From an uncultured Alphaproteobacteria bacterium (GTDB taxonomy: Bacteria > Pseudomonadota > Alphaproteobacteria > Reyranellales > Reyranellaceae), in NCBI GenBank assembly GCA_963843185.1, contig CAWJJJ010000023.1, positions 61,040 through 125,039 on the forward strand: DNA of 64,000 nucleotides, written 5' to 3'. Position numbers and translations under genes: made by a program. Under the pieces are notes generated by a model. The model was given only the letters and a program-made list of their open reading frames with translations. It had not been told where the DNA came from and made no database searches. This document shows, one piece after another, positions 1 to 10,546 of the stretch (its first letter is position 1; every line of letters begins with the position of its first letter).

Positions 1-1488
1 CTGCACCTGATCAACGGCCTGTTCGACTGCCATCGCAGCCGCGTGCCGGTGCTGGCGATCGCCGCCCAGATCCCGAGCGCCGAGATCGGCAGCTCCTACT
101 TCCAGGAAACCCATCCCGAGCAGCTCTTCACCGAGTGCGCGCACTATGTCGAGCTCGTCTCCCATGCCGAGCAGATGCCGCGCGTCCTCGAAAAGGCGAT
201 CCGCATCGCCGTCGCCCGGCGCGGCGTGTCCGTGGTGGTCGTTCCGGGCGACGTCGGGCTGCTGGCGACCGACGCCAAGCCCGCGACCTGGCTGGCGCCC
301 AAGCCGCCGGTCGTGCGGCCCTCCGATGCCGATGTCGACGCCCTGGCGGCACTGCTGAACGATGGCGAACGCATCACCATGATGTGCGGCGCGGGCTGCG
401 CCGGCGTCCATGCCGAGGTCGTGGCCCTGGCGGGGGCGCTCAACGCGCCCATCGTGCATTCGCTGCGCGGCAAGGAGCATGTCGAGTACGACAACCCGTT
501 CGACGTCGGCATGACCGGCTTCATCGGCTTTCCCTCGGGCTATGCGGCGATGAAGAACTGCGACACGCTCGTCCTGCTCGGCACCGACTTCCCCTACCGC
601 CAGTTCTATCCCGAGGGCGCCAGGATCGTGCAGATCGACATCCGCGCGGAAAGCCTCGGCAATCGCTGCCACCTGGCGCTGGGCGTCGTGGGCGATGTCG
701 GCGCCACGGTGGCGGCACTGCTGCCCAAGCTCAAGAAGAGGACCGACCGCAAGTTCCTCGATGCCGCCCTCGCCCACTACAAGAAGGCGCGCGAGGAGCT
801 CGACAAGCTCGCCGAGGGCAAGCCCGGCGGCAAGGTCATCCATCCGCAATATGTCGCCCGCCTGGTGAGCGACCTCGCCGCCGACGACGCGATCTTCACC
901 TGCGATGTCGGCACCCAGACCGTGTGGGCGGCGCGTTACCTCAAGATGAACGGCAAGCGCCGCCTGATCGGCTCGTTCAACCACGGCTCGATGGCCAACG
1001 CGCTCCTGCAGGCGATCGGCGCGCAGGCGACCGATCGCAAACGCCAGGTCGTCTCGATGTCGGGCGACGGCGGCTTCGCGATGATGATGGGCGACTTCAT
1101 CAGCCTCTCCCAGCTCGGCCTGCCGGTGAAGGTGATCGTGCTCAACAACGGCACGCTGGGCTTCGTCGAGATGGAGATGAAGGCGAGCGGCTTCCTCGAC
1201 ACGGGCTGCGAGCTCAAGAATCCCGACTTCGCCGCCATGGCGGAGGCCATGGGCATTCACGGCATACGGGTCGAGGATCCGCAGAAGCTCGAAGGCGCGC
1301 TCCGCGAGGCGCTGGCGCATGACGGCCCGGCCCTGGTCGATGTGGTGAGCGCGCGGCAGGAGCTCGTCATGCCGCCCAAGGCGACGTTCGACCAGGCCGT
1401 GCATTTCAGCCTGTTCATGGCCAAGGCGGTGATGGACGGCCGGGCGACCCAGGTGATCGACCTCGCGCGTACCAATCTCAGGATCTGA
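1..1488 (+). CDS. poxB: Ubiquinone-dependent pyruvate dehydrogenase (pyruvate oxidase), 5' partial
   Basis: Frame open from base 1 ([38 protein letters not shown]); ThDP motif [18 protein letters not shown]. Confidence 0.93.
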   Translation: MHLINGLFDCHRSRVPVLAIAAQIPSAEIGSSYFQETHPEQLFTECAHYVELVSHAEQMPRVLEKAIRIAVARRGVSVVVVPGDVGLLATDAKPATWLAPKPPVVRPSDADVDALAALLNDGERITMMCGAGCAGVHAEVVALAGALNAPIVHSLRGKEHVEYDNPFDVGMTGFIGFPSGYAAMKNCDTLVLLGTDFPYRQFYPEGARIVQIDIRAESLGNRCHLALGVVGDVGATVAALLPKLKKRTDRKFLDAALAHYKKAREELDKLAEGKPGGKVIHPQYVARLVSDLAADDAIFTCDVGTQTVWAARYLKMNGKRRLIGSFNHGSMANALLQAIGAQATDRKRQVVSMSGDGGFAMMMGDFISLSQLGLPVKVIVLNNGTLGFVEMEMKASGFLDTGCELKNPDFAAMAEAMGIHGIRVEDPQKLEGALREALAHDGPALVDVVSARQELVMPPKATFDQAVHFSLFMAKAVMDGRATQVIDLARTNLRI

Positions 1489-1506
1489 GAACAGGGGTAA
1501 CGTCGG

Positions 1507-2706
1507 ATGGCTGATGGAATATTCGCTGGCCTGCAGGTCATCGATTGCGCGAGCTGGATCGCCGGTCCGGCGGCGGCAACGATCCTCTCGGACTTCGGCG
1601 CCAGGGTGATCAAGATCGAGCCGCCGGAGGCCGGCGATCCGTGGCGGGCCTCGACCCCGGTGCCCGGCAAGATCACCGACTACTGGTGGCAGTTGACGGC
1701 CCGCAACAAGCAGAGCCTGGCCCTCGACCTCAAGCACCCCGAGGGACTTGGCGTTCTGCGCCGCCTGATCGCCTCGACCGACGTCTTCATCACCAACTTC
1801 CCCCTGCCGGTGCGCGAGCGCCTGAAGATCGCAGCCGCCGACCTGCTCGCGATCAACCCGCGGCTCGTCTACGGCTCGATCACGGCCTATGGCGAGGCCG
1901 GCGAGGAGGCGGCCCGGACAGGCTTCGACGCCACCGCCTACTGGGCGCGCACCGGCCTGATGGACATGGTGCGCGCCACCCCCGAGACGGAGCCGGTCCG
2001 CTCCATGCCGGGCATGGGCGATCATCCCACCGCGACGGCGCTCTATGCCGCCATCGTGACGGCGCTCTACCGTCGCGAGAGGACCGGGCAGGGCGGCGTC
2101 GCGCAGACCTCGCTGCTGCAGAACGGCCTGTGGGCGAATGGCTGCTTCGTGCAGAACCGGCTGTTCGGCGAGCATGTCGCGCACCGGCCGCCGCGCATCG
2201 AGGCGCCCAACGCGCTCGCCAATCACTATTGCTGCCGCGACGGCCGATGGTTCCTGATGGCGCTGCACAACGAGCCCCGTCAGCTGGCGAGCTTCCTGAA
2301 GGCGATCGATGCGGAGCACCTCGCCGAGGACCCGCGCTTCGCCACCACCCCGGCGCGGCGCGCCAACGCCGCGGCGCTGACCGCGATCCTCGACGGCATC
2401 TTCGTCCGGCGCGACCTCGCCGACTGGCGACCCATTCTCGAGAAGGCGGGCGTCACGTTCGGTGCGGTGTTCTCGGTCGACGAAGCAGCCGACGACGCGC
2501 AGTCACGCGAGATCGGCGCCCTGGTTCCCTTCGCCGACGGGGCCGGCCTCACCGTGTCGAGCCCCTTCCATCTCGACGGCGCGACCAAGGTCGCCCCGGT
2601 CCGCGCGCCCGCCGTCGGCCAGCACTCGGAGACGGTGCTGCGCGACGCGGGCTACGCCGCCGACGAGATCGCGCGGCTGAAGGCGCTCGGCGTATTATCG
2701 CCGTAG
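1507..2706 (+). CDS. CaiB/BaiF family III CoA-transferase
   Basis: IAGPAAATILSDFGARVIKIEPP, ARNKQSLALDLK, C-terminal APAVGQHS. Confidence 0.92.
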   Translation: MADGIFAGLQVIDCASWIAGPAAATILSDFGARVIKIEPPEAGDPWRASTPVPGKITDYWWQLTARNKQSLALDLKHPEGLGVLRRLIASTDVFITNFPLPVRERLKIAAADLLAINPRLVYGSITAYGEAGEEAARTGFDATAYWARTGLMDMVRATPETEPVRSMPGMGDHPTATALYAAIVTALYRRERTGQGGVAQTSLLQNGLWANGCFVQNRLFGEHVAHRPPRIEAPNALANHYCCRDGRWFLMALHNEPRQLASFLKAIDAEHLAEDPRFATTPARRANAAALTAILDGIFVRRDLADWRPILEKAGVTFGAVFSVDEAADDAQSREIGALVPFADGAGLTVSSPFHLDGATKVAPVRAPAVGQHSETVLRDAGYAADEIARLKALGVLSP

Positions 2707-2722
2707 AGGCAAGGGCGTCCGC

Positions 2723-4075
2723 TCAGCGACGAATGCCCTCGAGTTCCCCTTTCGCCCAATCGATCACCTGCTTCGCGGTGTTTCCCGACACCACGCGCGC
2801 CACCATTCCCGGGATCATGTACTGGCTCCAGATCTGCATGCCGATTTCCGGCGGCGCGCTTGAGCCGACGATGTAGTACTCGGCATCATGGTGGGGCCGT
2901 ACAGGATAGTTGTAGAGCGTGCCCTTCGGCGGCTCCATTTCGGCCCACACCGGCAGATCCGACATCGACAGAAACGGCGGGATGTCATAGCCCGCCGCCG
3001 GAACGCTGAGCTTGGTGACGATGTCGCGCTGGCTGATGAACGTCAGCAGGTCTTCCGCCGCCGGTTTGTTGTGTGCCCATTGCCAGATGCCCCAGAAATA
3101 GGGGCGATGAGGCACAAGTCGACCCGTCTTGCCCCTGGGATTTGGAAAGGTCCAGCTGTCGGCTGCGATGGCAGGCGCGTCACGCTTGGCCACGGCCCAG
3201 GCACTGGGTGGGTTCCAGATCAGGGCCGCCGAGCCTGAAACGAAGGCCTTGTTGTTGGACGCGTCATCGTAGGAGATGGTTTCGCGAGGGAGGTAGGGGA
3301 CGAAGCGCTTGACGTAGTCGAGTACCTCGCGAACCGGATCGGAATCGACGGTGATGTTGCCCTTGGCGTCCGCGAGATGCGCCCCGAACGCCCCGAACGT
3401 CGCCCCCCAGGTCTGGTTCGCATCCGTGCTGTTGGCGCCGCAGCCAAGCGCGAACAGGTGGCCCCCCTTGTGGCACTGCTCGGCCATCTTCAGCTGCTTT
3501 TCGTACGTCCACTCGGCCGCGCCTTTGGTCTTCACGTCCTTGGCCGGGTACCACTCGGTCACATTTTCTCCCGTAAACTCCTTGATCATGGAGATGCGGG
3601 CGCACGGCGGCAGCGGAGCCGAACCCCAGGAGACCGGCACGGCCAACCACTTCCCATCCGACGTGCCAAGGTATTCCACGGCCTTGCTCACCGGCCCGTA
3701 CTGCTTGATCAGCCCATCCATGATGCCGTTCACGGGTGTCAGCTTGTCGCCGTACTGCTGGGCAGCCCATTGATCGAAGGCAAGGATGTCGTGCCCGCTC
3801 CGCGCCTGCGCCTCGGCAGCCTGCGTGAGAATCATCTTGTTGCCGGCGGAGGGAATGAAGTCGATCGTTACTTCAACCTTGTTCTTGGCGGCCCATTCGT
3901 CGACCAGGCCCTTCAGCACCGGATTGGCCGCCGGTACCCAGTGATCCCAGATGCCCATCGTCAGCTTGCCGGCAGCGGCTGCTGTCTGGATATGCACCAG
4001 CGGCAGGGTCGCGCCGACGGCGCCCGCCGTCATCTTGAGCGCTCGGCGACGGGTGATCCGACGGATACGTGTCAT
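2723..4075 (-). CDS. Extracellular solute-binding protein (sugar ABC family 1), Tat-exported; no permease adjacent
   Basis: ITRRRALK twin-arginine leader; WDHWVP; YDDASNNKAFVSGSAALIWNPPSAW. Confidence 0.85.
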   Translation of the reverse strand: MTRIRRITRRRALKMTAGAVGATLPLVHIQTAAAAGKLTMGIWDHWVPAANPVLKGLVDEWAAKNKVEVTIDFIPSAGNKMILTQAAEAQARSGHDILAFDQWAAQQYGDKLTPVNGIMDGLIKQYGPVSKAVEYLGTSDGKWLAVPVSWGSAPLPPCARISMIKEFTGENVTEWYPAKDVKTKGAAEWTYEKQLKMAEQCHKGGHLFALGCGANSTDANQTWGATFGAFGAHLADAKGNITVDSDPVREVLDYVKRFVPYLPRETISYDDASNNKAFVSGSAALIWNPPSAWAVAKRDAPAIAADSWTFPNPRGKTGRLVPHRPYFWGIWQWAHNKPAAEDLLTFISQRDIVTKLSVPAAGYDIPPFLSMSDLPVWAEMEPPKGTLYNYPVRPHHDAEYYIVGSSAPPEIGMQIWSQYMIPGMVARVVSGNTAKQVIDWAKGELEGIRR

Positions 4076-4289
4076 GGCCTGTTCCTCCCTTTATTTTGTA
4101 CGCGTTTTTTACCTCTACTTTTTTAAGCTGAACTTCCGATGCCTCCGGCACTCTCGATGCGCGCTGAGGCTCGCCGGGCAATATACTGGCTTTGGCCGGC
4201 TCTTGTCCCGTTCTGCATGAGCCGCTCTAGGTCGCCGGCCGGATTTCCGTTACACTCCCCAGTCGATGGCTATGGAGAGGAGCAAGTCC

Positions 4290-4829
4290 ATGACCGCGCA
4301 GACCAAAGGCCGCATCCGTCACATCGCACTCAGCGTCAAGGACCCTTGGGAGACCGCCGAATTCTACAAGCAGGCCGTCGGCCTGCAGGAAGTTACGGAG
4401 CTCGACGGCCCATTGGCCGAGGGCGTGTTTCTGACCGACGGCGTGGTCAACCTCGCCATCCTTCATTTCAAGAGTGACGAGGCCTCGCAGGGCACCGGCG
4501 TGGACTATGTCGGCATCCACCACATCGGCTTTTGGGTCGATGACGTGGTGGAACAGGGCAAGATTGCGCGCAACGTCGGCGCGACCTGGATCATGGGCGA
4601 CCCCGACAATCCAGACGGCTATGAAGTGAAGCACACCGACCTCAACGGCATCATCTTCGACATCGCCGCGCACGGCTGGGCCGGTTCGCAGAAGGACCCG
4701 GGGTCGGAAGACAACGTTGCGAATGGGAACCCACAGCGCCGGCTGGCGAAGTTCGACGAGCGCCGCGCTCGGGCCAAGGCGAAGTTCGCGGCGATGCGTG
4801 GGAAAAAGTACCCTGCGGCGGCCGAGTGA
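4290..4829 (+). CDS. VOC/glyoxalase family protein
   Basis: IRHIALSVKDP..AEFYK, GIHHIGFWVDD; AGGAG RBS before ATG 4290. Confidence 0.85.
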   Translation: MTAQTKGRIRHIALSVKDPWETAEFYKQAVGLQEVTELDGPLAEGVFLTDGVVNLAILHFKSDEASQGTGVDYVGIHHIGFWVDDVVEQGKIARNVGATWIMGDPDNPDGYEVKHTDLNGIIFDIAAHGWAGSQKDPGSEDNVANGNPQRRLAKFDERRARAKAKFAAMRGKKYPAAAE

Positions 4830-4853
4830 CGAGCCGGCGCAAATAACCAGCGC

Positions 4854-4887
4854 AAATAAAAAAGGACGCCCGCAATCCCGGACATCC
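4854..4887 (-). terminator. Rho-independent terminator on minus strand (3' end of candidate sRNA)
   Basis: Minus strand GGATGTCCG-GGATTG-CGGGCGTCC followed by TTTTTTATTT. Confidence 0.65.
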
Positions 4888-4940
4888 CGCTATCGGGTGT
4901 CAGCCTAGACAAAAAGAAACAGTCTGGCAACGCCGGGAGC
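4854..4940 (-). ncRNA. Candidate small RNA (stem-loop plus terminator)
   Basis: Two hairpins and a U-tract on the minus strand between two plus-strand genes; CTTCAT-N18-CTATAG promoter-like sequence upstream. Confidence 0.4.
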
Positions 4941-4983
4941 ATCTCTATAGATCAGTTCCCCTTCGCGCATGAAGGGGAAGCGG

Positions 4984-6234
4984 ATGATCGCCTGCGGATT
5001 GGATTTCGGTACATCGAATTCGGCCATCGGGGTGGCTCGCGACGACACGGCCGCGCTCGCACCGCTCGAAGCCGGCAATACGCTGATCCCGAGCGCGGTG
5101 TTCTTCGACTACGAAACCAAAGGCCGGGTGTTGTTCGGCAGCGATGCCATCGCCGCCTATGTCGGTCAGACCGAGGGCCGGTTGATGCGGGCCCTGAAGT
5201 CGATCCTGGGCTCCTCCCTGATCGACGAAAAGACCAGCCTGGGCAACCGCATGGTGCCGCTGGCGGAAGTCGTCGGGATCTTCGTGCGGCACCTGAAACG
5301 CAAGGCGGAGGAATTCGCCGGACAGGAGATCACGTCCGTCGTGCACGGCCGGCCGGTGCGCTTCGTCGATGATGGCGACAAGGCCGATGCCAGGGCGCAA
5401 GAAGCGCTCGAGGCCATCGCCCGGCGGGTGGGCTTTCGCGACATCTCGTTCGTCTATGAGCCGATCGCGGCCGCCTATCACTATGAACGCACGGTCGAGA
5501 CCGAAGAGCTGGTGCTGATCGCCGACATCGGCGGCGGCACGAGCGACTTCTCCATCGTCCGCATCGGGCCGCAGCGCCGCGAGCGGGCGGATCGTGACGG
5601 CGACGTGCTGGCAAACGCCGGCGTGCGCGTGGGCGGCACCGATTTCGACAGCGCCCTCAGCCTCGCAACGGTGATGCCGCTGCTCGGCCTGGGCACGCAT
5701 CTGGTCGAAAGGAATCTGCCGATGCCGAACGCGCTTTACCATGAGCTTGCGAACTGGCCGACGATCAACTTCGCCTATAGCCACAGGAAGGAGCGCGAAC
5801 TGGCCGAGCTGCTGGCGGCTGCACGCGAACCCGAAAAGGTCCGGCGTCTCCTGAAGGTCGTCCGTCAGCGCCTGGGCCATCGCCTGGCGTTCGCGGTGGA
5901 GGATGCCAAGATCGTGCTGAGCGGCGAGGGCCATGCCGCCCTGTCTCTTGCCTTCGTCGACGACGGCCTTGCGGCCATGGCGGAACGCGGCGACTTCGAG
6001 CGCGCGATCGAAGCCAGGACCGCCCGGCTGTACAGGACGGAGAGCGATTGCATCGCCGCGGCTAGCGTGAGCGCCGCGGCGGTCGACACGATCTTTCTCA
6101 CGGGTGGATCGAGCCGCGTGCCGGCCGTGCGGGCAGCGATCGCTCGTGCCGCGCCCGCGGCGCGCATGGCCGCGGACTCGGACTTCCTGTCCGTCGCGCT
6201 GGGATTGACGCAGATGGCCGCGACCAGGGCCTAA
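4984..6234 (+). CDS. YegD-type Hsp70 family protein
   Basis: CGLDFGTSNS, YEPIAAA, DIGGGTSDFS, FLTGGSS; start 4984 preferred over 4969 by RBS. Confidence 0.9.
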   Translation: MIACGLDFGTSNSAIGVARDDTAALAPLEAGNTLIPSAVFFDYETKGRVLFGSDAIAAYVGQTEGRLMRALKSILGSSLIDEKTSLGNRMVPLAEVVGIFVRHLKRKAEEFAGQEITSVVHGRPVRFVDDGDKADARAQEALEAIARRVGFRDISFVYEPIAAAYHYERTVETEELVLIADIGGGTSDFSIVRIGPQRRERADRDGDVLANAGVRVGGTDFDSALSLATVMPLLGLGTHLVERNLPMPNALYHELANWPTINFAYSHRKERELAELLAAAREPEKVRRLLKVVRQRLGHRLAFAVEDAKIVLSGEGHAALSLAFVDDGLAAMAERGDFERAIEARTARLYRTESDCIAAASVSAAAVDTIFLTGGSSRVPAVRAAIARAAPAARMAADSDFLSVALGLTQMAATRA

Positions 6235-6249
6235 AGGCAGGGTCACGCT

Positions 6250-7008
6250 TCAGGCGCGGCCGAGCTGGACCCGGCGGTCGACGGCGATCCACGTCGCTCG
6301 GGCCACGGCCAGCAACGTTCCAGCCTCACCATGGGCCGCGGCCTCGGCGACGCGTTTGCGGCCGTCGCGGCCGGCCTCCCAGGCAGTGATGACGCAGCGC
6401 TCTCCCGGACGCGGCCGTGCCTCTATCCGTGCCGACATCCGGCCCAACAGGATCGGCATCCGGTCGAAGCTGCCGCTCTGCCGGTCGAGAGCGGAAGCAT
6501 AGCCCGTGGGGCAATCGAGAGCCGACCAGAGGAATTCGGGCGCGACGAAGCCATCCTCCGCCGCCAGGGTCGGATCCGGTGTCCAGGTCGCCGCGAGCAC
6601 AGCCGACGCCTTGCGGGACTGACGCACGAGCGGTCCGGCAAAAATGCGCAGGCCGTCTCCCGGCGCCCTTGCAGGACCGCACACGAAACACGTCGGCAGC
6701 AGATGCTCGTGCGGCTTGACCGGCGTCAGCAGCTCGGCCGCACAAGCCTCGTCGATGCTTGCCGTCTCCAGGCGTGCAAGCTCAAGACGTGCCGGCCGTC
6801 CGGTGGCGATGACTGTGGCGCCATCGCGAAGCTCCCAGGACCCGTCGTCCGTTGCGGCGACATCGAGCGGCTTGTCCAGCGGAGGCGGTACACGCAGCGT
6901 TACCTCCGCATCGCCGGGAATGTGCCGGGCCAGCCGGCCGCAAACATAGCCGCCGTTCCCCGAGTTCGGAGGACCGCGGTAGCGCCTGTCGATAATGATC
7001 GCCGTCAT
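6250..7008 (-). CDS. Double hotdog-fold (thioesterase-like) protein
   Basis: GPPNSGNGGY, CFVCG, WSALDCPT, GRKR motifs. Confidence 0.7.
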   Translation of the reverse strand: MTAIIIDRRYRGPPNSGNGGYVCGRLARHIPGDAEVTLRVPPPLDKPLDVAATDDGSWELRDGATVIATGRPARLELARLETASIDEACAAELLTPVKPHEHLLPTCFVCGPARAPGDGLRIFAGPLVRQSRKASAVLAATWTPDPTLAAEDGFVAPEFLWSALDCPTGYASALDRQSGSFDRMPILLGRMSARIEARPRPGERCVITAWEAGRDGRKRVAEAAAHGEAGTLLAVARATWIAVDRRVQLGRA

Positions 7009-7040
7009 CGATCCCTTCCTCCCTTGCCGCCGCCGGCGAC

Positions 7041-8018
7041 CTACCTCGTCCTGAGGACGATTCTTCCCTGAACCGTCCGATTGGCCACCGCGCGCATCGC
7101 TTCCGTGACCTGTTCCAGGGGAAGGACGCGATCGATATGAGGGCGAACCTTCCCCTCAGCCAGCAACTGCGCCAGCGTGTCGTTCAGGCGCGCAGCCTGC
7201 TCGGGGAATTTCTCCGCCCAGGCGCCGGCAAAGACACCAACGATGGAATAGTTCTTCAGGAGCGGAAGGTTCATCGGCACCGAGGGAATCTGGCCGCTGG
7301 TGAAGCCGATCGGCATCAGCCGTCCACCCCACTTCATGAGCCGCGCCATCTGCTCGAAAATCGTCCCGCCGACGTTGTCGAAGCAGATATCGACCCCTTC
7401 GCCTGCGGTTATCGACTTGATCCGCTCGCGCAGGTCTTCGCTCCGATAGTTGATGACATCGCAGGCGCCGTAACCGCGCACCAGACCTGCCTTGTCGTCG
7501 GAGCCGACACCGGCCACGACGTCCAGGCCCAAATGCCAGGCGAGGTCGACGGCGGCGAGGCCAACCCCGCCTGCGGCACCGCTGACAAACACCGTTTCGC
7601 CCGGTTGCGCACGGGCCGCCTCGACCAGGGCGTAATAGGCCGTGCCGTAGTTGTGCGTGACCGTGGCCGCCGTTTCGAAAGCGACGCCCGGCGGCAACCG
7701 CACGCTCTTCCATTCCTTGGCGACCATCCGCTCGGCATAACCGCCCGTCCAGCTCCCGCACGCCACACGATCGCCCGGCTGGAATCTCGTGATCTTTTCG
7801 CCAACCGCGACGACGACGCCGGCCGCCTCTGTGCCGGGCACGAAGGGCGTCGGGGGGCGCATCTGGTAAAGGCCCGAGACCACCAGATGATCCATGAAAC
7901 TCACGGAAGCCGCATGTACGTCGATCAGGATCTCGTCGCTGGCCGGCTTCGGCTCATCGATCTCGCCGATGCGCAGATCCTCCGGGCCGGTGAACGCGCT
8001 GCACAACACGGCTCTCAT
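7041..8018 (-). CDS. NADPH:quinone oxidoreductase (zeta-crystallin/MDR family)
   Basis: MRAVLC.., PFVPGTEAAG, GAAGGVG; ATG overlaps upstream stop (ATGA at 8015-8018). Confidence 0.9.
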   Translation of the reverse strand: MRAVLCSAFTGPEDLRIGEIDEPKPASDEILIDVHAASVSFMDHLVVSGLYQMRPPTPFVPGTEAAGVVVAVGEKITRFQPGDRVACGSWTGGYAERMVAKEWKSVRLPPGVAFETAATVTHNYGTAYYALVEAARAQPGETVFVSGAAGGVGLAAVDLAWHLGLDVVAGVGSDDKAGLVRGYGACDVINYRSEDLRERIKSITAGEGVDICFDNVGGTIFEQMARLMKWGGRLMPIGFTSGQIPSVPMNLPLLKNYSIVGVFAGAWAEKFPEQAARLNDTLAQLLAEGKVRPHIDRVLPLEQVTEAMRAVANRTVQGRIVLRTR

Positions 8019-8767
8019 AGCGGCGCTCCCGCCCGGCGGCGGCCGTAGATGCGCGGCAGCAGCATGGGGACACGCCGACGATACTGCCGGTAGGCCGCGC
8101 CGAACCGGGCGATCAGATCCCGCTCCTCGAACTGCAGGCCGACCAGGATGTAGCCTGTGGTCATGATCGCGAACAGCAAATGGCCGGCGGTCATCTCCGG
8201 CGCGGCCCAGAATGCGAGCAGAAAGCCCAGCATGAGCGGATGCCGCACGATCCTGTAGAGCAACGGCGTCCTGAACGATTGACCCGGCACTTCGGCCCCG
8301 CGCAGCGCGAAGAAAGCCTGGCGCAGGCCGGACAGATCGAAGTGATCGATCATGAAGGTCGAGGCAAACACGATCGACCAGCCGAGCCCATAGACGCCGA
8401 TCAGCAACCAGGCTGCAATTCCGTCGACCTGCCAGACGGGTACCGGGATCGGCCGCCACTGCCAGAACAGCAGAAGAAGGATCAGGCTGGAGAGCAGCAC
8501 GTAGGTGCTGCGCTGGCAGGCCACCGGAAGGATCTTGACCCACCATCGTTTGAAGGCCTGGCGCGCCATGACGCTGTGCTGGATTGAAAATATGCCAAAC
8601 AGCAGCAGGTCGACGGCGATCGCCTCGCTCGAGTTCGCCGCGCCGCCGACGTCGATCGACTTTGGCACGAGATAATTGCCGACAAAACCGACCGCGTAGA
8701 GGGAGGAAACGAGGAAGACGGCATAGCTCGCGATGGCGTAGAACAGGATTGGCAGACGTGTGGACAT
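8015..8767 (-). CDS. mddA: Methanethiol S-methyltransferase MddA-like (ICMT/NnrU-related membrane methyltransferase)
   Basis: QHSVMAR, RSTYVL, FWQWRP, TFMIDHFDL, LYRIVRHPLMLGF, GHLLFA, EERDL..FG..Y..YRRRVPM. Confidence 0.8.
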   Translation of the reverse strand: MSTRLPILFYAIASYAVFLVSSLYAVGFVGNYLVPKSIDVGGAANSSEAIAVDLLLFGIFSIQHSVMARQAFKRWWVKILPVACQRSTYVLLSSLILLLLFWQWRPIPVPVWQVDGIAAWLLIGVYGLGWSIVFASTFMIDHFDLSGLRQAFFALRGAEVPGQSFRTPLLYRIVRHPLMLGFLLAFWAAPEMTAGHLLFAIMTTGYILVGLQFEERDLIARFGAAYRQYRRRVPMLLPRIYGRRRAGAPL

Positions 8768-8841
8768 GAATGGTTTCCCTATTGTGCCGGTGGCAGTGGT
8801 GCCGAATGCATAAACATGGACCGTTCGATAGCGAGCGGGCT

Positions 8842-8890
8842 CGATCGGGCACGACTGCTATCACCGGACCGTCCCCTGCGTGTCCCCTGG
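8842..8890 (-). promoter_or_regulatory. Conserved 49-bp promoter/operator element, copy 1, upstream of mddA operon
   Basis: 43/49 identical to 11693-11741; GTCCCCTG at 8871 and 8882 (11-bp period). Confidence 0.75.
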
Positions 8891-8918
8891 GGCGCCGACA
8901 GGGGCGAGACGTGATTTC

Positions 8919-10492
8919 GTGACCAGCTTCTCGCTTCAGACGCTGGGATTCCCGGAGATCCACGGCGACGACCGCCCGATCAGGCTGAACCTGCGCAAGG
9001 GTCTTGCGCTGCTGATCTATCTCGCCGAGGCCCGGGGCGCCGTTGCACGCGACGTCCTTGCCACGCTGCTATGGCCCGAGAGTCCCCCGAGACCGCCCGC
9101 GCGCGATTGCGGCGCATGCTTCATCGCATCGAGCTTGTGCTCGGCCAGCCTGTTTTCGAGGCCGACCGCACCACCGTGCGGTGGTCTCCGGCGGTCGACC
9201 TCAGGGTCGATTCGCATCTGTTCGAAATCGCCTGCGACCGAGGCGCCTTCGAGGAAGCCTGCCTGGGCTATCGGGGCGACTTCCTCGCGGGCTTCTCCCT
9301 GGCCGATTGTCCCGAGTTCGACGATTGGGCGTTCTATCGCCGCGAAGCGCTCAGGGGCCGCCTCATGCATGGGCTGGAACGTCTCGTGCAGGACAAGAAT
9401 GCCGTGGGCGAACATTTTGCCGCGGCAGCCCACGCGGGACGCCTTGTCGAGCTCGATCCGCTGAGCGAGGTATATTGCAGGTATTTGATCCGCAGCCTCC
9501 TGCTCGCCGGCGATCGAAGCTCGGCAGAACGGCACCACGCGGCACTGACACAGCGGCTGCGTGACGAGCTGGGGGTTGCGCCCGAAGCCGCGACCGACGC
9601 GCTCATGGACCTGGCCACGGCGCCGCAGGCCCGTGCCGTTCCGACAACACTCTATGTAAAGGGCGCCGGCGTACATCTGGCGTACCAGACATACGGAAGC
9701 GGCGAGCTCGATATCCTGATCATGCCTGGCTTCGTGTCGCACGTGGAGCGCGCCTGGGAGCATCCCGCGTGCCGGGCATTTCTGGGTTCATTGATGTCGC
9801 TTGGGCGACTCATCATGTTCGATCGGCGCGGCGTCGGCCTGTCGGACCGGGTCGGATCGGCCCCGAGCGTCGACGTCACGGCCGAGGATATCGGCACCGT
9901 GCTGCGGGCGGCACACACGCGCCGCGTCGTGCTGTTCGGGGCGTCGGAATGTGGGCCGGCCTGCATCAAGTTTGCGGTCGATCAATCCCGCCTCGTGGCT
10001 GGCCTCATTCTGTTCGGCTCGTTGGCCAAGGGCTGTTGGGCGCCGGACCATCCGTATGCGTTGCGGGCCAGCCAATATGACGCCTGGCGCCGGCAACTCG
10101 TCGCCGAATGGGGTGGCCCTGCCGGGATCGACACCTTCGCGCCGAGCCTTTCTCGTGACCCCCAGGCGCGGGCCTGGTGGGCCGGGCTGCTGCGGGCAGC
10201 CTCCAGTCCCGGCAGCATCGGGGCCGTGCTCACGGCGCTGCGCGACACCGACGTGAGACACCTCCTGCCACGGGTTTCCGTGCCCACGCTGGTGCTTCAC
10301 CGCCGCAACGACCAGGCCGTGCGTATCGAGGCCGGCCGCGACATGGCGAGCCACATCACTGGCGCCCAGTTCGTCGAACTCGACGGCAATGATCACTGGT
10401 TCTTTGCGGGTGCCCAGCAACCGCTGCTCGAGGCAGTCAAACGATTCGTCGACGCTCTGCCGCGCAGCAAGAGGCCAACGCGGCAAGGCTAG
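8919..10492 (+). CDS. SARP/BTAD transcriptional activator fused to alpha/beta-hydrolase domain (frameshift ~9088)
   Basis: RKGLALLIYLA..RDVLATLLWPE, YRGDFLAGF..CPEFDDW, ELGVAPE, then FDRRGVGLSDR and GASECG; two frames joined. Confidence 0.85.
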
Positions 10493-10546
10493 GTCGGGGC
10501 GAGCTGGGTGCTGAAGGACCGCTCGCACCCGACCACAAGGCTGGCC

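Noticed and set aside
4837..4859. GCGCAAATAA direct repeat as a CRISPR or operator
   Set aside because: Only two short copies, overlapping the terminator tail.
7041..8963. 640-aa ORF
   Set aside because: The N-terminal half is an off-frame reading of mddA; the real oxidoreductase starts at 8018.
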